Below are positions 9,691 to 19,912 of a DNA stretch of 64,000 nucleotides, piece by piece; the first letter of the stretch is position 1; the number at the start of each line of letters is the position of its first letter. The stretch covers positions 128,001 to 192,000 of the forward strand of contig CAVPPB010000003.1 in the NCBI GenBank assembly GCA_963707215.1, in the 5' to 3' direction. Under the pieces are notes generated by a model. The model ran no database searches and had not been told where the DNA came from. It saw only the letters and a program-made list of their open reading frames with translations. The DNA is from an uncultured Chloroflexia bacterium (lineage in GTDB: Bacteria > Chloroflexota > Limnocylindria > Limnocylindrales > CSP1-4). Both the position numbers and the translations under genes were made by a program.

Positions 9691-11820
9691 CTAGACGACC
9701 GGCAGCTGGCGGTCGGCCCCGGCGGCAATCCGCTCGGCGAGGATCTCGCTGACGTCCATGGAGACGACCCGGCCGTCGCCGTCCTGGGCCGCATCGAGGC
9801 CGTCCTTCATCATCACCATGCAGAAGGGACAGGCCGTGGCGACCGTCGTGGCCCCCGTGGCGAGAGCCTGGCGGGTCCGCTCGGCATTGATCCGGGTCCC
9901 GCTCGTCTCCTCCATCCACATCCGGCCACCGCCGGCCCCGCAGCAGAACGTCTGGCGCCCGGACCGCTCCATCTCGACGACCGGCACCCCGGCCGCGCCG
10001 AGGATCGATCGCGGCGCGCCCACGATCCCGTTGTAGCGGGCGAGGTAGCAGCTGTCGTGGACGGTGACGGTGCCCGGGGCATGGTCGCCGTTCGACCGTC
10101 CGGCCTCCGCATCGGCCGGGATCGTCCGGAGGCGACCGGACCGGAGCAGGCCGGCGAGGTAGGCCGAGTGGTGGACCACCCGGTAGCGGCCGCCGAACTC
10201 CGCGTACTCGTTGCCGAGGCTGTTGAAGCAGTGGGGGCAGGCGGTCACGATCGTCCTGGCCGGGGCCCCGTAGCGGTCGAGCGTCTCGACGTTGGCCATC
10301 GCCAGCATCTGGAAGACGTACTCGTTGCCCATCCGGCGGGCCGGATCGCCGGTGCAGGACTCCTCCTGGCCGAGCACGGCGAAGCGGACGCCGGCCGCAT
10401 GGAGGCAGGTCGCGACGGCGCGGGCGACCTTGCGGTTGCGCTGGTCGAAGGCGGCCGCGCAGCCGACCCAGTAGATGACCTCGAGATCGTCGAGCCGACC
10501 CTCGGCGGCCACCTCGGCAGCGATCGGGACGGCGAACGGCAAGCCCTTCGCCCAGTCGAGGCGGGCCGATGCCGGCTGGCCCCACGGATTGCCCTGGACC
10601 TCCATCCCCCGGAAGGCGGCGGTCACCTCGGTCGGGAAGCGGCTGTCCTCGAGGACGAGGTTGCGGCGCAGCCCGACGATCTTGTCGACGTGCTCGATGA
10701 GGACCGGGCACGCTTCGACGCAGGCGCCGCAGGTGACGCAGTCCCAGACGCCCTCGTACGGGATCGCGTCGTCCACGATCGGGGCGGCCATCCGGGTCGG
10801 GTCCGGCCGGCGATCGTCGACCCCTCGGAGCAGCCGGACATCGGGGCCATCGGGGATGAGGTCGACGCCACGCTCGGCATCCTCGGACATCCGCCGCAGG
10901 CCCATGATCATCGACCGCGGGTCGAGGACCTTGCCGGTCCGGTTGGCCGGGCAGGCGTCGGTGCAGCGGCCGCACTCGGTGCAGGTGAAGCCGTCGAGGA
11001 CGTCCTTCCAGGACAGGTCCTCGAGGGTCCTGACCCCGAAGGTCGCGTCCTCGCGCTCCAGATCGAGCGACGGCAGGCGACCGCGCGGCGCGAGCTTGCG
11101 GAGGTAGACGTTGACGAACGACGTGTAGACGTGGAAGTGCTTGTTGAAGGGGATGTAGACGAGGAAGGCCGACAGGAAGAGCACGTGGGCCCACCAGAGG
11201 ACGGCGAAGGCCGTCTCGCTCACCGCGGGGTCCAGCGTCCCGAGCGGCACCGCGAGCGCGTTGGCGACGATCGCGCCCGGGATCTCGCCGTAGGCGGCGG
11301 CCTCGAAGGCCTGGGCGACGAGCTCGGTCGCGACGACGGCGAAGATGAAGGCGAGGATCAGGTAGGAGGTCCGGGTCGTGTGGAGCCGGGCCGGTCGGCG
11401 GACGATCCGCCGGGCGGTCGCCCAGATCACCGCCCCGAGGACGAGGACGGCGAGCACGTTCTGGACGGCCAGGAGGGCGGCCCAGAGGACCCCGTCGAGC
11501 GGCCAGCCGACGATCGCCCGGGGCAGCCCACCGGTGACGATGTCGATGTTGCCGATGAGCAGGAGCGTCGAGCCCAGGAAGAGGGTGTAGTGCATGACCC
11601 CCGTGCGGGGGTCCTGGAACATCCGGCTCTGGACGATCGCGTAGCGGATGACACCGCCGGCCCGCCGGGGGATCTGGGCGATGGCGCTGGGGCCCTCCGC
11701 CCGCGCCTGGGCGAAGATCCGCAGGTGCCGGGCGACGACGAGCGCAAAGAGCACGAAGGCGCCCCAGAAGACCGGGAAGACGAGCGGGTAGGCGGGGACC
11801 TCAGCGTAGGCCTCGAGCAT
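9691..11820 (-). CDS. Membrane Fe-S oxidoreductase (FadF/EtfD-like, probable ETF:quinone oxidoreductase)
   Basis: N-terminal TM domain with His ligands, two CxxCxxCxxxCP ferredoxin motifs, two CCG domains; adjacent to acyl-CoA dehydrogenase and ETF genes. Confidence 0.9.
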   Translation of the reverse strand: MLEAYAEVPAYPLVFPVFWGAFVLFALVVARHLRIFAQARAEGPSAIAQIPRRAGGVIRYAIVQSRMFQDPRTGVMHYTLFLGSTLLLIGNIDIVTGGLPRAIVGWPLDGVLWAALLAVQNVLAVLVLGAVIWATARRIVRRPARLHTTRTSYLILAFIFAVVATELVAQAFEAAAYGEIPGAIVANALAVPLGTLDPAVSETAFAVLWWAHVLFLSAFLVYIPFNKHFHVYTSFVNVYLRKLAPRGRLPSLDLEREDATFGVRTLEDLSWKDVLDGFTCTECGRCTDACPANRTGKVLDPRSMIMGLRRMSEDAERGVDLIPDGPDVRLLRGVDDRRPDPTRMAAPIVDDAIPYEGVWDCVTCGACVEACPVLIEHVDKIVGLRRNLVLEDSRFPTEVTAAFRGMEVQGNPWGQPASARLDWAKGLPFAVPIAAEVAAEGRLDDLEVIYWVGCAAAFDQRNRKVARAVATCLHAAGVRFAVLGQEESCTGDPARRMGNEYVFQMLAMANVETLDRYGAPARTIVTACPHCFNSLGNEYAEFGGRYRVVHHSAYLAGLLRSGRLRTIPADAEAGRSNGDHAPGTVTVHDSCYLARYNGIVGAPRSILGAAGVPVVEMERSGRQTFCCGAGGGRMWMEETSGTRINAERTRQALATGATTVATACPFCMVMMKDGLDAAQDGDGRVVSMDVSEILAERIAAGADRQLPVV

Positions 11821-11825
11821 CCTGG

Positions 11826-12326
11826 CTACCCTCCTTCTACGCCGGCGTGGTCGAACGGCCCGGCCAGGGTCTCGAGCGCGTGGTCGAGGAGCGCCTCGAT
11901 GGCCGCCAGCGACTCGAGCGCCCCGCGTGGGCTCCCGGGCAGGTTCACGACGAGGCTGCGGCCGCAGACGCCGGCCACCCCGCGTGACAGGTCGGCCATC
12001 GGAGTGCTGCGCCGGCCCTCGGCCCGGATGGCCTCGGCGAGCCCTGGGACCTCGTAGGCAAGTACCGTCATCGTCGCCTGGGGGGTGACGTCCCGCGGCG
12101 TGAGCCCGGTCCCGCCTGTCGTGAGGACGAGACCGTGCCGGGACGCGGCCCCGACGATCGCCGCTGCGATCGCCTCGGCCTCGTCGGGGACGACCCCGCG
12201 CTCCACGTGGAAGCCGAGTTCAGCGAGTCGTCGAGCGAGCGAGGCGCCGGACTCGTCATCGCGAACGCCGGCCGCGACTCCGTCGCTGCAGGTCAGGACG
12301 AAGGCGGACCGGGCAGTCGCTGTCAC
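11826..12326 (-). CDS. MogA/MoaB molybdopterin adenylyltransferase
   Basis: TTGGTGLTPRDVTPQAT, NLPGSP. Confidence 0.93.
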   Translation of the reverse strand: MTATARSAFVLTCSDGVAAGVRDDESGASLARRLAELGFHVERGVVPDEAEAIAAAIVGAASRHGLVLTTGGTGLTPRDVTPQATMTVLAYEVPGLAEAIRAEGRRSTPMADLSRGVAGVCGRSLVVNLPGSPRGALESLAAIEALLDHALETLAGPFDHAGVEGG

Positions 12327-12340
12327 CGACCCGACCCTCC

Positions 12341-12961
12341 TCAGCTCCGCCGCTGCGATCGGATCCGGCCAGCGGCGCGACCGCCCTTGCTACGGCGCGC
12401 GTCATGGTCAGGCGGCCCGTCGGGCGGCCGGGTCCACTCCCCGCTCTTGCCGCCGGTCTTCGAGACCAGGCGGACGCTCCGGATCTCCACCCCGCGCTCG
12501 ACACCCTTGACCATGTCGTACACGGTCAGGGCGGCCACGGATGCTGCTGTGAGCGCCTCCATCTCGACACCGGTCGGCGCCGTGGTGGCCGCCTCGGCCC
12601 GGATCCGGAGCACGCCCGCCGACCGGTCCGGGGTGATCTGGACGAGCAGATCGGTAAGCGGCAGTGGGTGACACAGCGGGATCAGCTCCGCCGTCCGCTT
12701 GGCGGCCATGACCCCTGCCAGCTCGGCTACGGTGAGGACATCGCCCTTGGGCCCCGTGCCGTCGATGACGAGGCTCAGCGTCTCCGGCTCCACCGTGACC
12801 AGGGCCTCCGCGACCGCCCGGCGGGCTGAGGCCAGCTTCTCCGACACGTCGACCATGCGGGGTCGCCCGCTTCGGTCGACGTGGGTGAGGCGACGCCGCT
12901 CGCGACGCGTCGCCCCATCGGCGGGTGGTCGGTCCATCGATCGTCCCTCGTCCGCGCTCAT
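12341..12961 (-). CDS. moaC: Cyclic pyranopterin monophosphate synthase MoaC
   Basis: LTHVD...MVDVSEK, KGDVL, LIPLCHP, TGVEMEAL, YDMVK, KTGGKSG. Confidence 0.96.
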   Translation of the reverse strand: MSADEGRSMDRPPADGATRRERRRLTHVDRSGRPRMVDVSEKLASARRAVAEALVTVEPETLSLVIDGTGPKGDVLTVAELAGVMAAKRTAELIPLCHPLPLTDLLVQITPDRSAGVLRIRAEAATTAPTGVEMEALTAASVAALTVYDMVKGVERGVEIRSVRLVSKTGGKSGEWTRPPDGPPDHDARRSKGGRAAGRIRSQRRS

Positions 12962-14289
12962 CGTTCGATCCAGCGAAGCTCGACGGGTGTCCCGGCTTCG
13001 ACCCGGTCGACGTCCTCCGGGATGACAGCGTAGCCATCCGCGAGAGCGAGTGCCGAGAGGACATGACTGCCCTGCCCCCCGGCGAGACGGACCCGGACCC
13101 GACCGGCCTCGTCGCGGACGATCCCGCCGTCGTTGTGCCGCTCGGCCACGACACGGAGGAAGGCCCGGCGTGCGGCGCCCTTCGAGGCCGCGTCGAGGAG
13201 CACCGCCCGGTCCGCCGGCTCCACGACGTCTCGACGGCCGGCGAGTCGTCGGATGGCCGGGCGGACGAACAGGTCGAAGGTCACGAAGCCGGAGACCGGG
13301 TTGCCCGGCAACCCGAAGAGCAGGACGGATCGGGAGCGCCCGGCGACCGCATCGGAGCGTGGCACGATCCCGAAGGCGAAGGGCTTGCCCGGCTGCACGG
13401 CGACCCGCCACAGCTCGACCCGTCCGAGCTCGGCGAAGGCATCCCGGACGACGTCGTACGGACCGACCGACACCCCGCCCGAGACGACGACGGCATCGAC
13501 CGCCGACAGCACGCTCGCGATCCGATCCAGGACGACATCGAGACGGTCCGGGGCGATCCCGAGGTCGACCGGCTCTGCGCCCATCGTCGCCACCAGGGCG
13601 CGGATGCCCGGCCCGTTGGCGTCGGGGATGCCGGCCGGCCCGAGTGGTTCGCCGGCGGGGACCACCTCGTCGCCGGTCGCCAGGACCGCGACCCTGGGCC
13701 GGACGTGGACGTCGAGCTGGGCGACGCCAGCTCCAGCCGCGACCGCGATCCCGGCCGGTCCGAGCACCATCCCCGCATCCAGGATCGTGCTGCCGGCCCG
13801 CAGGTCGTCGCCTCGCGATCGGATGTTCGCGCCTCGTGCGACGGCAGCGTGGACGAGACAGGCGTCCGGCAGCGGGCCCGTGGCGTCCCGGCCGCGCGGG
13901 CCGCTCGGCCGGGACGACGCGTCGAGCGGGGTCGTCAGCTCCACCGGCACCACCGCGTCCGACCCGGCCGGGATCGGCGCACCGGTGGCGATCCGGATGG
14001 CCGTTCCCGGCTCCAGAGCCCGCCCAGGCGCGGTACCCGCCGCGACCTCGCCCACGACGGGCAGGGCGATCGGCTGCTCCTCCTCGGCCCCGGCGATGTC
14101 GGTCGCCCGGACGGCGTAGCCGTCCATGGCGCTGTTGTCCCATGGCGGCAGGTCGGTGGTCGCGAGCACCGGGCGCGCCAGGACCCGGCCGAGTCCGCTG
14201 GCGACCGGCACGGACTCGGGCGGCAGCGGGCCCTCCACTGCCGCCAGCACGGCATCCCGGGCGGCCTCGACCGACAGGAGGCTGGTCAC
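12958..14289 (-). CDS. moeA: Molybdopterin molybdotransferase MoeA
   Basis: PPWDNSAMDGYA, IATGAPIP, ATGDE, SGGVSVG, QPGKP, GLPGNPVS. Confidence 0.96.
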   Translation of the reverse strand: MTSLLSVEAARDAVLAAVEGPLPPESVPVASGLGRVLARPVLATTDLPPWDNSAMDGYAVRATDIAGAEEEQPIALPVVGEVAAGTAPGRALEPGTAIRIATGAPIPAGSDAVVPVELTTPLDASSRPSGPRGRDATGPLPDACLVHAAVARGANIRSRGDDLRAGSTILDAGMVLGPAGIAVAAGAGVAQLDVHVRPRVAVLATGDEVVPAGEPLGPAGIPDANGPGIRALVATMGAEPVDLGIAPDRLDVVLDRIASVLSAVDAVVVSGGVSVGPYDVVRDAFAELGRVELWRVAVQPGKPFAFGIVPRSDAVAGRSRSVLLFGLPGNPVSGFVTFDLFVRPAIRRLAGRRDVVEPADRAVLLDAASKGAARRAFLRVVAERHNDGGIVRDEAGRVRVRLAGGQGSHVLSALALADGYAVIPEDVDRVEAGTPVELRWIER

Positions 14290-15017
14290 CGTTCGGTCGC
14301 CAGGGGGTCCTGGGACGTCGCTGGCGGGACCGCCGTCCCGAGCGCGACCCGTCGACCACGTCGCTCGGCCAGGATCAGGGTAAGGGCCCCGAGGACGACA
14401 AGGACCACCCCGAGCGCGATCGATGTTTCGAACCAGAACTGCATGGGGAACAGCTGCACGAGTCGCTCCGTCGCCGGGTCGAACGCGTACGTACCGGAAG
14501 CGAAGAAGATCCGGTGGAAGATCTCGAACACGGTCTCGAAGGCGACGACCGACAGGATCCCGAGGGCCACCACTCCGGCGATGAGCGCGGTCGCCCCGAC
14601 CCGGATCCCCCGCCAGGTCGGGGACGATCCCGTCAGCCGCCAGGCGACGACGATGGACGCCGCCGCGACCGCCACGGCGACCGCGAAGGCGATCAGGACG
14701 GCCCGAACGTCCTGGAGGTGGCCGACCTCGCGTTCGTTGAAGACCGGCTCCCCATCGACGACCTGGTCGAAATCGGGCGGGCCCAGGATGAGGTCCACGA
14801 GGACCGAATCGGTCACCTCGTGGACCGTGGCCATCGTCCAGCCGGTCCAGGCGTCGGCCTCAGCGCGCTCCTGGCCGAAGCCGACCCAGATCGGGTTCAG
14901 GAAGGGAAGCAGCGCCAGGGCGACGAGCAGGACGATCGTCGCGACCGCGACGATCCCGCTGGCGACCCATCCACCGAGGCCACCGGAGGACGGCCCGACG
15001 GCGGCGCCGGAGGCCAC
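14286..15017 (-). CDS. Integral membrane protein (DUF1461/TIGR01906-like)
   Basis: E..HLQDV, FEIFHRIFF, W/Y.FDP...LVQLFP..FW motifs. Confidence 0.85.
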   Translation of the reverse strand: MASGAAVGPSSGGLGGWVASGIVAVATIVLLVALALLPFLNPIWVGFGQERAEADAWTGWTMATVHEVTDSVLVDLILGPPDFDQVVDGEPVFNEREVGHLQDVRAVLIAFAVAVAVAAASIVVAWRLTGSSPTWRGIRVGATALIAGVVALGILSVVAFETVFEIFHRIFFASGTYAFDPATERLVQLFPMQFWFETSIALGVVLVVLGALTLILAERRGRRVALGTAVPPATSQDPLATER

Positions 15018-15021
15018 GCCC

Positions 15022-15411
15022 CTACTCTTCCTCGAGGGTCTTGGCCTGGTCCCACCAGCCCTGCACGGCGAGGTCGCTCGGCGGTCCGTCCCCGAGCTCG
15101 CCGGCCGCTTGCGCGAGCCGTGCCCGGAAGTCGTCGAGGGAGAGCCCGATCACGTCGCGGACGCCGTCGATGCCGGCCTGGATGAAGAGCCGGTGCTCCT
15201 CCGGGCCGAAGCCGGCGAGGTTCAGCAGGAGCGCCTCGTCGCGCCACACGGCGACGTCGTTCGTGGAGGCATCGACGTGGTCGGCAAGGGACTGCCGGCG
15301 GGTCGGGGTCTCGGACACCTCGAGGAGGATGCCGGTGGTGAAGACGCCCTGCTTCTCGAGGCGATCGAGGTGGACCGGCTCGATGCGGGTCAGCTCGCTG
15401 ATCGGGGGCAC
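15022..15411 (-). CDS. DUF4332-like HhH protein
   Basis: LEKQGVFTT..LL, tandem HhH-like repeats, PS...V.GW..QAK C-terminus; GAGGAGG RBS. Confidence 0.8.
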   Translation of the reverse strand: MPPISELTRIEPVHLDRLEKQGVFTTGILLEVSETPTRRQSLADHVDASTNDVAVWRDEALLLNLAGFGPEEHRLFIQAGIDGVRDVIGLSLDDFRARLAQAAGELGDGPPSDLAVQGWWDQAKTLEEE

Positions 15412-15557
15412 GCGATGGGGTCCTCCTCGTGGCGGCGCTCACCACGATCGGTGGCGGCCCCGATGATGCCACGCCGGGACCGCGTGTGGCGGCCCGGCGA
15501 GCCGGCAGGGTGCTCCCGGCCCCGACGCCGAAGCGTCGGGGCCGGGCGTGGTCGTCG

Positions 15558-16346
15558 TCAGGCGCCGGGGCTGCCCTGCGGCGGGCCACCGCCGGACGCG
15601 GCGCCACCCTGGGCCCCGCCGGATGGCGCGGCGGTCGGGGCCGCCGGCGCGTCGGATGCTTCGCCGATCCGCGCAGCCATGTCGCCGGTCCTGCTGTACC
15701 AGTTCCGGGCGATCTCGGCCGCGACCTCACGCCCACCGAGCCCGAAAGCGAGCCCGATGGCGAGAGCCATGGCGCCGACCACGCCGATGAACAGGATGTT
15801 CACCAGGTCGGAGGCGATGCCGACCTGGTAGAGGGCGACGATGACGCCGAAGGCCACCACGGCGAACTCCGCCAACCGACCGAGGAAGGTAGTGTTCGAC
15901 AGCCCAAGGCCGCCGCCCGATGCCTCGATCGCCGTCCGCAGGAGTCGCCCCAGGACCGGCGCCGCGAGGACGATGATGATCGCGACGATCAGGTTGGGCA
16001 GCCAGGCCAGGAAGTCGTTGATGAGGATGCTGACCTGGCTCCAGCCGAGGAAGTTGGCCGCCGCCAGGAAGAACACCAGGTAGATCAGCCAGCGGGCCAG
16101 GATGCCGATGTACTGGCTGGGCTTGGTCTTGCCGGGCTCCTCACCGTAGATCGAGCCCGCGTATCGCGCGAACAAGTGGTCAGCGTTGGCGGTCGCGAGC
16201 AGACGCGTCACCAGGCCGCCGACGATGCGGCCCACGATCCAGCCGATCAGCAGGATGAGCAGCGCACCGATGACCGTCGGCAACGCGTTGACGAGATCCC
16301 CGAGCGCCTCGTTGAAGGCTTCGACGAGCGTATCCCACAGGTCCAT
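15558..16346 (-). CDS. TM-helix repeat protein (CmpX / MscS-associated family)
   Basis: LP.VIGALLILLIGW and WLPNLIVA repeats; ALAIGLAFGLGGRE motif. Confidence 0.88.
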   Translation of the reverse strand: MDLWDTLVEAFNEALGDLVNALPTVIGALLILLIGWIVGRIVGGLVTRLLATANADHLFARYAGSIYGEEPGKTKPSQYIGILARWLIYLVFFLAAANFLGWSQVSILINDFLAWLPNLIVAIIIVLAAPVLGRLLRTAIEASGGGLGLSNTTFLGRLAEFAVVAFGVIVALYQVGIASDLVNILFIGVVGAMALAIGLAFGLGGREVAAEIARNWYSRTGDMAARIGEASDAPAAPTAAPSGGAQGGAASGGGPPQGSPGA

Positions 16347-16529
16347 TCGGTCCTCCCTTGCTTGGGGCGCGGCCGCCGCTGGGGTCACGGCCAGGCCCGG
16401 TCAGTGACGGACGCCCGGTGTCTGGGCGCACCGCCTTGACCTCCCCACCCTACCGGCACGATGCAACCTCGCGTCCCGCCTGTCAGCGGTGGCGGCCGTG
16501 ACCCCCTCGTCGGCGTGAAGCTCCGTGGA

Positions 16530-16555
16530 TGCAACGACACGGCCACTGCGGCGTC
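16530..16555 (+). promoter_or_regulatory. Candidate ECF-sigma promoter TGCAAC-N16-CGTC
   Basis: Same bipartite motif and spacing also seen at 53131 and 54439. Confidence 0.45.
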
Positions 16556-16639
16556 CCCGGCGACGACCGCGACCATCGCGCCGATCCCGGGGATCCGTGC
16601 GGGCTCCCTGCCCTCCACCCGTCGTAGCATCGAGGGGCA

Positions 16640-17080
16640 ATGCTGACTCGGTCGATCGCCCATCGGTGGATCACCCTGGTCGTGACGGCGGTCCTCGCCG
16701 TCGTGGCCTGCGGTGTGCCCGGGACTCCCCCATCCCCGGAGCCCGAGGCAACCGCTCAGGCGCCGGATCAGCGCTTCCCGGACGTCCTGGACGTCCGGCT
16801 CGTTTCGCGTGGCGAGCGCGTCTTCGACGTCGCGGTCACGATCTCCTCGCCGTACGACACGCCAGGGCGATACGCGGACGGTTGGCGTGTGCTCGGGCCG
16901 GACGGGACCGTGCTGGGGTCGCACGAGCTTCTCCACGACCATGCCGGTGAACAGCCGTTCACCCGGACCCAGACGGGCCTCACCATCCCCGAAGGGATCA
17001 CGGAGGTGACGATCGAGGCTCGCGACCTCGTCCACGGCTTCGGGGGCGCCCGGCTCACGGTCCCCGTGCCGGAGGGCTGA
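16640..17080 (+). CDS. Hypothetical lipoprotein
   Basis: Lipobox VVAC; YADGWRV and LLHDHAGEQPFTR motifs. Confidence 0.8.
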   Translation: MLTRSIAHRWITLVVTAVLAVVACGVPGTPPSPEPEATAQAPDQRFPDVLDVRLVSRGERVFDVAVTISSPYDTPGRYADGWRVLGPDGTVLGSHELLHDHAGEQPFTRTQTGLTIPEGITEVTIEARDLVHGFGGARLTVPVPEG

Positions 17081-17239
17081 CCGGCGAGCGGGGCCGAATG
17101 GGCCATGGGTCACTGGCACCCGCGGACGTGGCGTCAGCCCATCCCGGTAGCGAATCGTCGTCGCCGCTTGACGGCCCACTCGACGACGTCGGGGCGCCCG
17201 GCTCGGCACGGGGCCGCCGGCGAGCGTACGATCGGAACG

Positions 17240-18103
17240 ATGACCTCGGACGCGGTAGCCCATCGACCGGATCTCGTCGTCGCGGTGCACGATGGCGAGA
17301 CCCTGTCCGCCGACGCCTGGTTGCCGGTGGGCGCCGCCCGACCGCCGGCCCTGATCCTCCTCCATGGCGGCGCCTGGACGAAGGGATCGAGGCACGCCTA
17401 CGCTGAGTGGGGCCGCTATCTGGCCGGGCGGGGCATCGCCGCGGTCGCCATCGACTACCGGTTGGCCACCCCGGGACGTTCGGCGTTCCCGGAGAGCCTC
17501 TGGGACGTGAAGGGCGCGATCCAGGCTCTCCGGGCGGGACACCTCGGATTCGAGGTCGACGGGAACCGCATCGGGATGCTCGGCGGATCAGCCGGTGCGC
17601 ACCTGGCCGCCCTCGCAGCACTGACCGCCGGCGATCCCGTCTGGCGCAACCCGTACCCTGACCCGTTCGCTGACGTCTCGGCCGCCGCCCCGGTCGTGAT
17701 CGGGCTCGCGGGAACGTACGACATGATCGAGCGTTGGGTGCACGACCGCCTCGATCGGACGCCCGACGACAGCTCCGCCGAGCTGCTGCTCGGCGGGACG
17801 CCGATGTCGCAGCGACGGCGCTACTACGAGGCGTCGCCCGTGTTCCATGCCTCCGAGGCCAACGCCCGAGGCACGCGATGGCTCCTCGCCTGGGGGACCG
17901 AGGATGACGTGACGCCACCCGAGACGCAGTCGCTCGCGCTGTCTCGGCACCTGAAGCTCGCGGGAGCCGTCGTCCGCCACGCTCCGATCGTGGGGGCGCC
18001 GCACTACTGGTACTTCGAGACCGAGCCCGATGCGCCGGGCTCCTTCAACGCCCGCTTCGCGGAGCGACTGCACGTCTTCCTGGAGCGCTGGGCCGGCTGG
18101 TAG
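17240..18103 (+). CDS. Alpha/beta hydrolase (esterase/lipase)
   Basis: LHGGAW, GGSAGAHLA nucleophile elbow, GTEDD, late His. Confidence 0.9.
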   Translation: MTSDAVAHRPDLVVAVHDGETLSADAWLPVGAARPPALILLHGGAWTKGSRHAYAEWGRYLAGRGIAAVAIDYRLATPGRSAFPESLWDVKGAIQALRAGHLGFEVDGNRIGMLGGSAGAHLAALAALTAGDPVWRNPYPDPFADVSAAAPVVIGLAGTYDMIERWVHDRLDRTPDDSSAELLLGGTPMSQRRRYYEASPVFHASEANARGTRWLLAWGTEDDVTPPETQSLALSRHLKLAGAVVRHAPIVGAPHYWYFETEPDAPGSFNARFAERLHVFLERWAGW

Positions 18104-18163
18104 GCCGCGTCGGCGATCCCGGACCCTCGGCGGGGGAGCATACCGGTCTGGGGGTGGCCGGCC

Positions 18164-19111
18164 TCAGGAAGTGGCCCGGATCTCAGTGACGAGATCCTGC
18201 AGCCCGGCGTCGAGATCGAACCGGGGCTCCCAGCCGAGATCCTCTCGCGCCCGGGCGAGATCGAAGGGGAACCGCCGCGGGAACGGGTCCGGCCGGGTCG
18301 TGATCCCCGCCTCGAGGCGGAAGCCTCGCACGAGTCGAGCGATGGCGGCGGCCACCTCCTCGGGTGTGACGAGCACGCCCGATCCGACGTTGTACGTGTC
18401 GTACCGGAGCTCCTTCACGGAGCAGGCGGCGACCACGGCCGCGGCGACGTCCTTCACGTGGACGAGCTCGTAGGGTGATGGCATCCCGCCGCTGGAGGTG
18501 CCCGGTCGTCCCGCCAGGGCGGCGCGGATCCAGCCATCGATCTCGGTGCCGACCCCGGAGCCTCCTGCGAAGTGGCCCAGGCCGTACACGCCCGCGAAAC
18601 GGAGCATGGCCAGCTGGAGACCGTAGGCTCGCGCCGACGCCCGGAGGACCTGCTCGGCGGCAACCTTCGAGGCCCCGTAGACGCGTCCGCCGGAGCCGAG
18701 CGGGAACCGCTCGTCGATCGGGCCAACCTGCGGCTGGGAGAGGTCGTTCGTGCCGAGCGTGCTCGCATGGACGATCCGTGGGATGTCGGCCAGCCGGGCG
18801 GTCTCGACGACGTTGATCGTGCCGACGACGTTGACCTGGAAGCCTCGGTACGGGGCCGCCTGCGCCGCCCCACCGATGAGTGCCGCTGTGTGGACGATGA
18901 CGTCGGCGCCATGGTCGCGGCCCGCCGCCGCGAGGACCGGGAGGTCCAGGATGTCGCCACGGTAGACCGGGGTCGCGGCGCCGGCGACGCGGGTCACGTA
19001 CTCGGTTCGCGGGTCTGCGTCGAACAGCGCGGGGTGGTGTCCCGCGTCGGTCAGGGCTCGGGCCGCATGACAGCCGACCATCCCGGCCCCGGTGATGAGG
19101 ATGCGTGCCAT
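18164..19111 (-). CDS. NAD-dependent epimerase/dehydratase
   Basis: ITGAGMVG, YGASK, LRFAGVYG, YNVGSG. Confidence 0.92.
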   Translation of the reverse strand: MARILITGAGMVGCHAARALTDAGHHPALFDADPRTEYVTRVAGAATPVYRGDILDLPVLAAAGRDHGADVIVHTAALIGGAAQAAPYRGFQVNVVGTINVVETARLADIPRIVHASTLGTNDLSQPQVGPIDERFPLGSGGRVYGASKVAAEQVLRASARAYGLQLAMLRFAGVYGLGHFAGGSGVGTEIDGWIRAALAGRPGTSSGGMPSPYELVHVKDVAAAVVAACSVKELRYDTYNVGSGVLVTPEEVAAAIARLVRGFRLEAGITTRPDPFPRRFPFDLARAREDLGWEPRFDLDAGLQDLVTEIRATS

Positions 19112-19296
19112 CGACGACCTCCCGCAGCTGGGCAGGCGCGTGGTGCGCTGCCCGATGCATCGATGGTACCGACCGGGTCACGGGAGCACGGAGCGCGCCC
19201 CCCGCCCGGATCCCGGACCGGGATCCGGACTCCTACGTCGCGACGCTCGGAGGTCGACCGGGTGCCTGGGCTCTACCATCCGCTACGGAGATCATC

Positions 19297-19591
19297 ATGC
19301 GATCGAGGGCGCTGGTCCGGGGCGTGGCCCTGGCCGTGGGTGCCTGCTCGTCAGGGGTCGAGCCGACCGAGCGCCCGGAGTCGACCCCGGGCCGGCGGCG
19401 CCAGCTTCACGGTCTTCGCCTTCGGCTCGGCGGAGGCCGTCGACGGCCCGTATGACCGAGGCCAGCTCTACTGGCACGACGGCGGCACGATCTCCGCACG
19501 GGTCTGTACGGCCATCGACGTGATCGAGGCGAGCGACGGGAGCTTCGAGTCCCGCTCCGAAGAGGCGGAGTCCACCTTCCCGAACCGGTAA
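19297..19591 (+). pseudogene. Possible frameshifted small lipoprotein remnant
   Basis: MRSRALVRGVALAVGAC lipobox in one frame; plausible globular sequence (FTVFAFGSAEAVDGPYDRGQLYWH) continues in another frame. Confidence 0.35.
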
Positions 19592-19663
19592 CCCGGCCCA
19601 GCGACAACCGTCCTGGCAGCATCGCTGGCAGCGATGGAGGCGGACAGAGGCGGACACACGGAA

Positions 19664-19693
19664 GGCGATCAGCCCGCGGCCGGGACGGGGGCC
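19664..19693 (-). repeat. Inverted copy of the 33-bp inter-cassette repeat
   Basis: GGCGATCAGCCCGCGGCCGGG--ACGGGGGCC versus reverse-complement consensus GGCGACCAGCCCACGGCCGGGCGACGGGGGCC. Confidence 0.7.
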
Positions 19694-19912
19694 TGTTCCT
19701 GTCAAGGTCGTCATCCGTATCACTCGATAACCGTCTAGCAGCATTGCGACGACGTCGAAGCAAGTCGATGCTCCGAACCGGGCGGAAACCGCGACCCAGC
19801 CACCCGAGAGCCCGCCCTGGGATCCTCGGGGCGAGGCTCAACCGTGTGCAGAACCGCAAGCAACGCCCCGCCGGGAGACCCAGCGGGCGCGTGATCGTGC
19901 GTGGACGGCGAC

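Noticed and set aside
8437-15831. Very long plus-strand ORFs (1206 aa, 968 aa, 711 aa)
   Set aside because: Antisense shadows of real minus-strand genes, expected at this GC content; no recognisable motifs.
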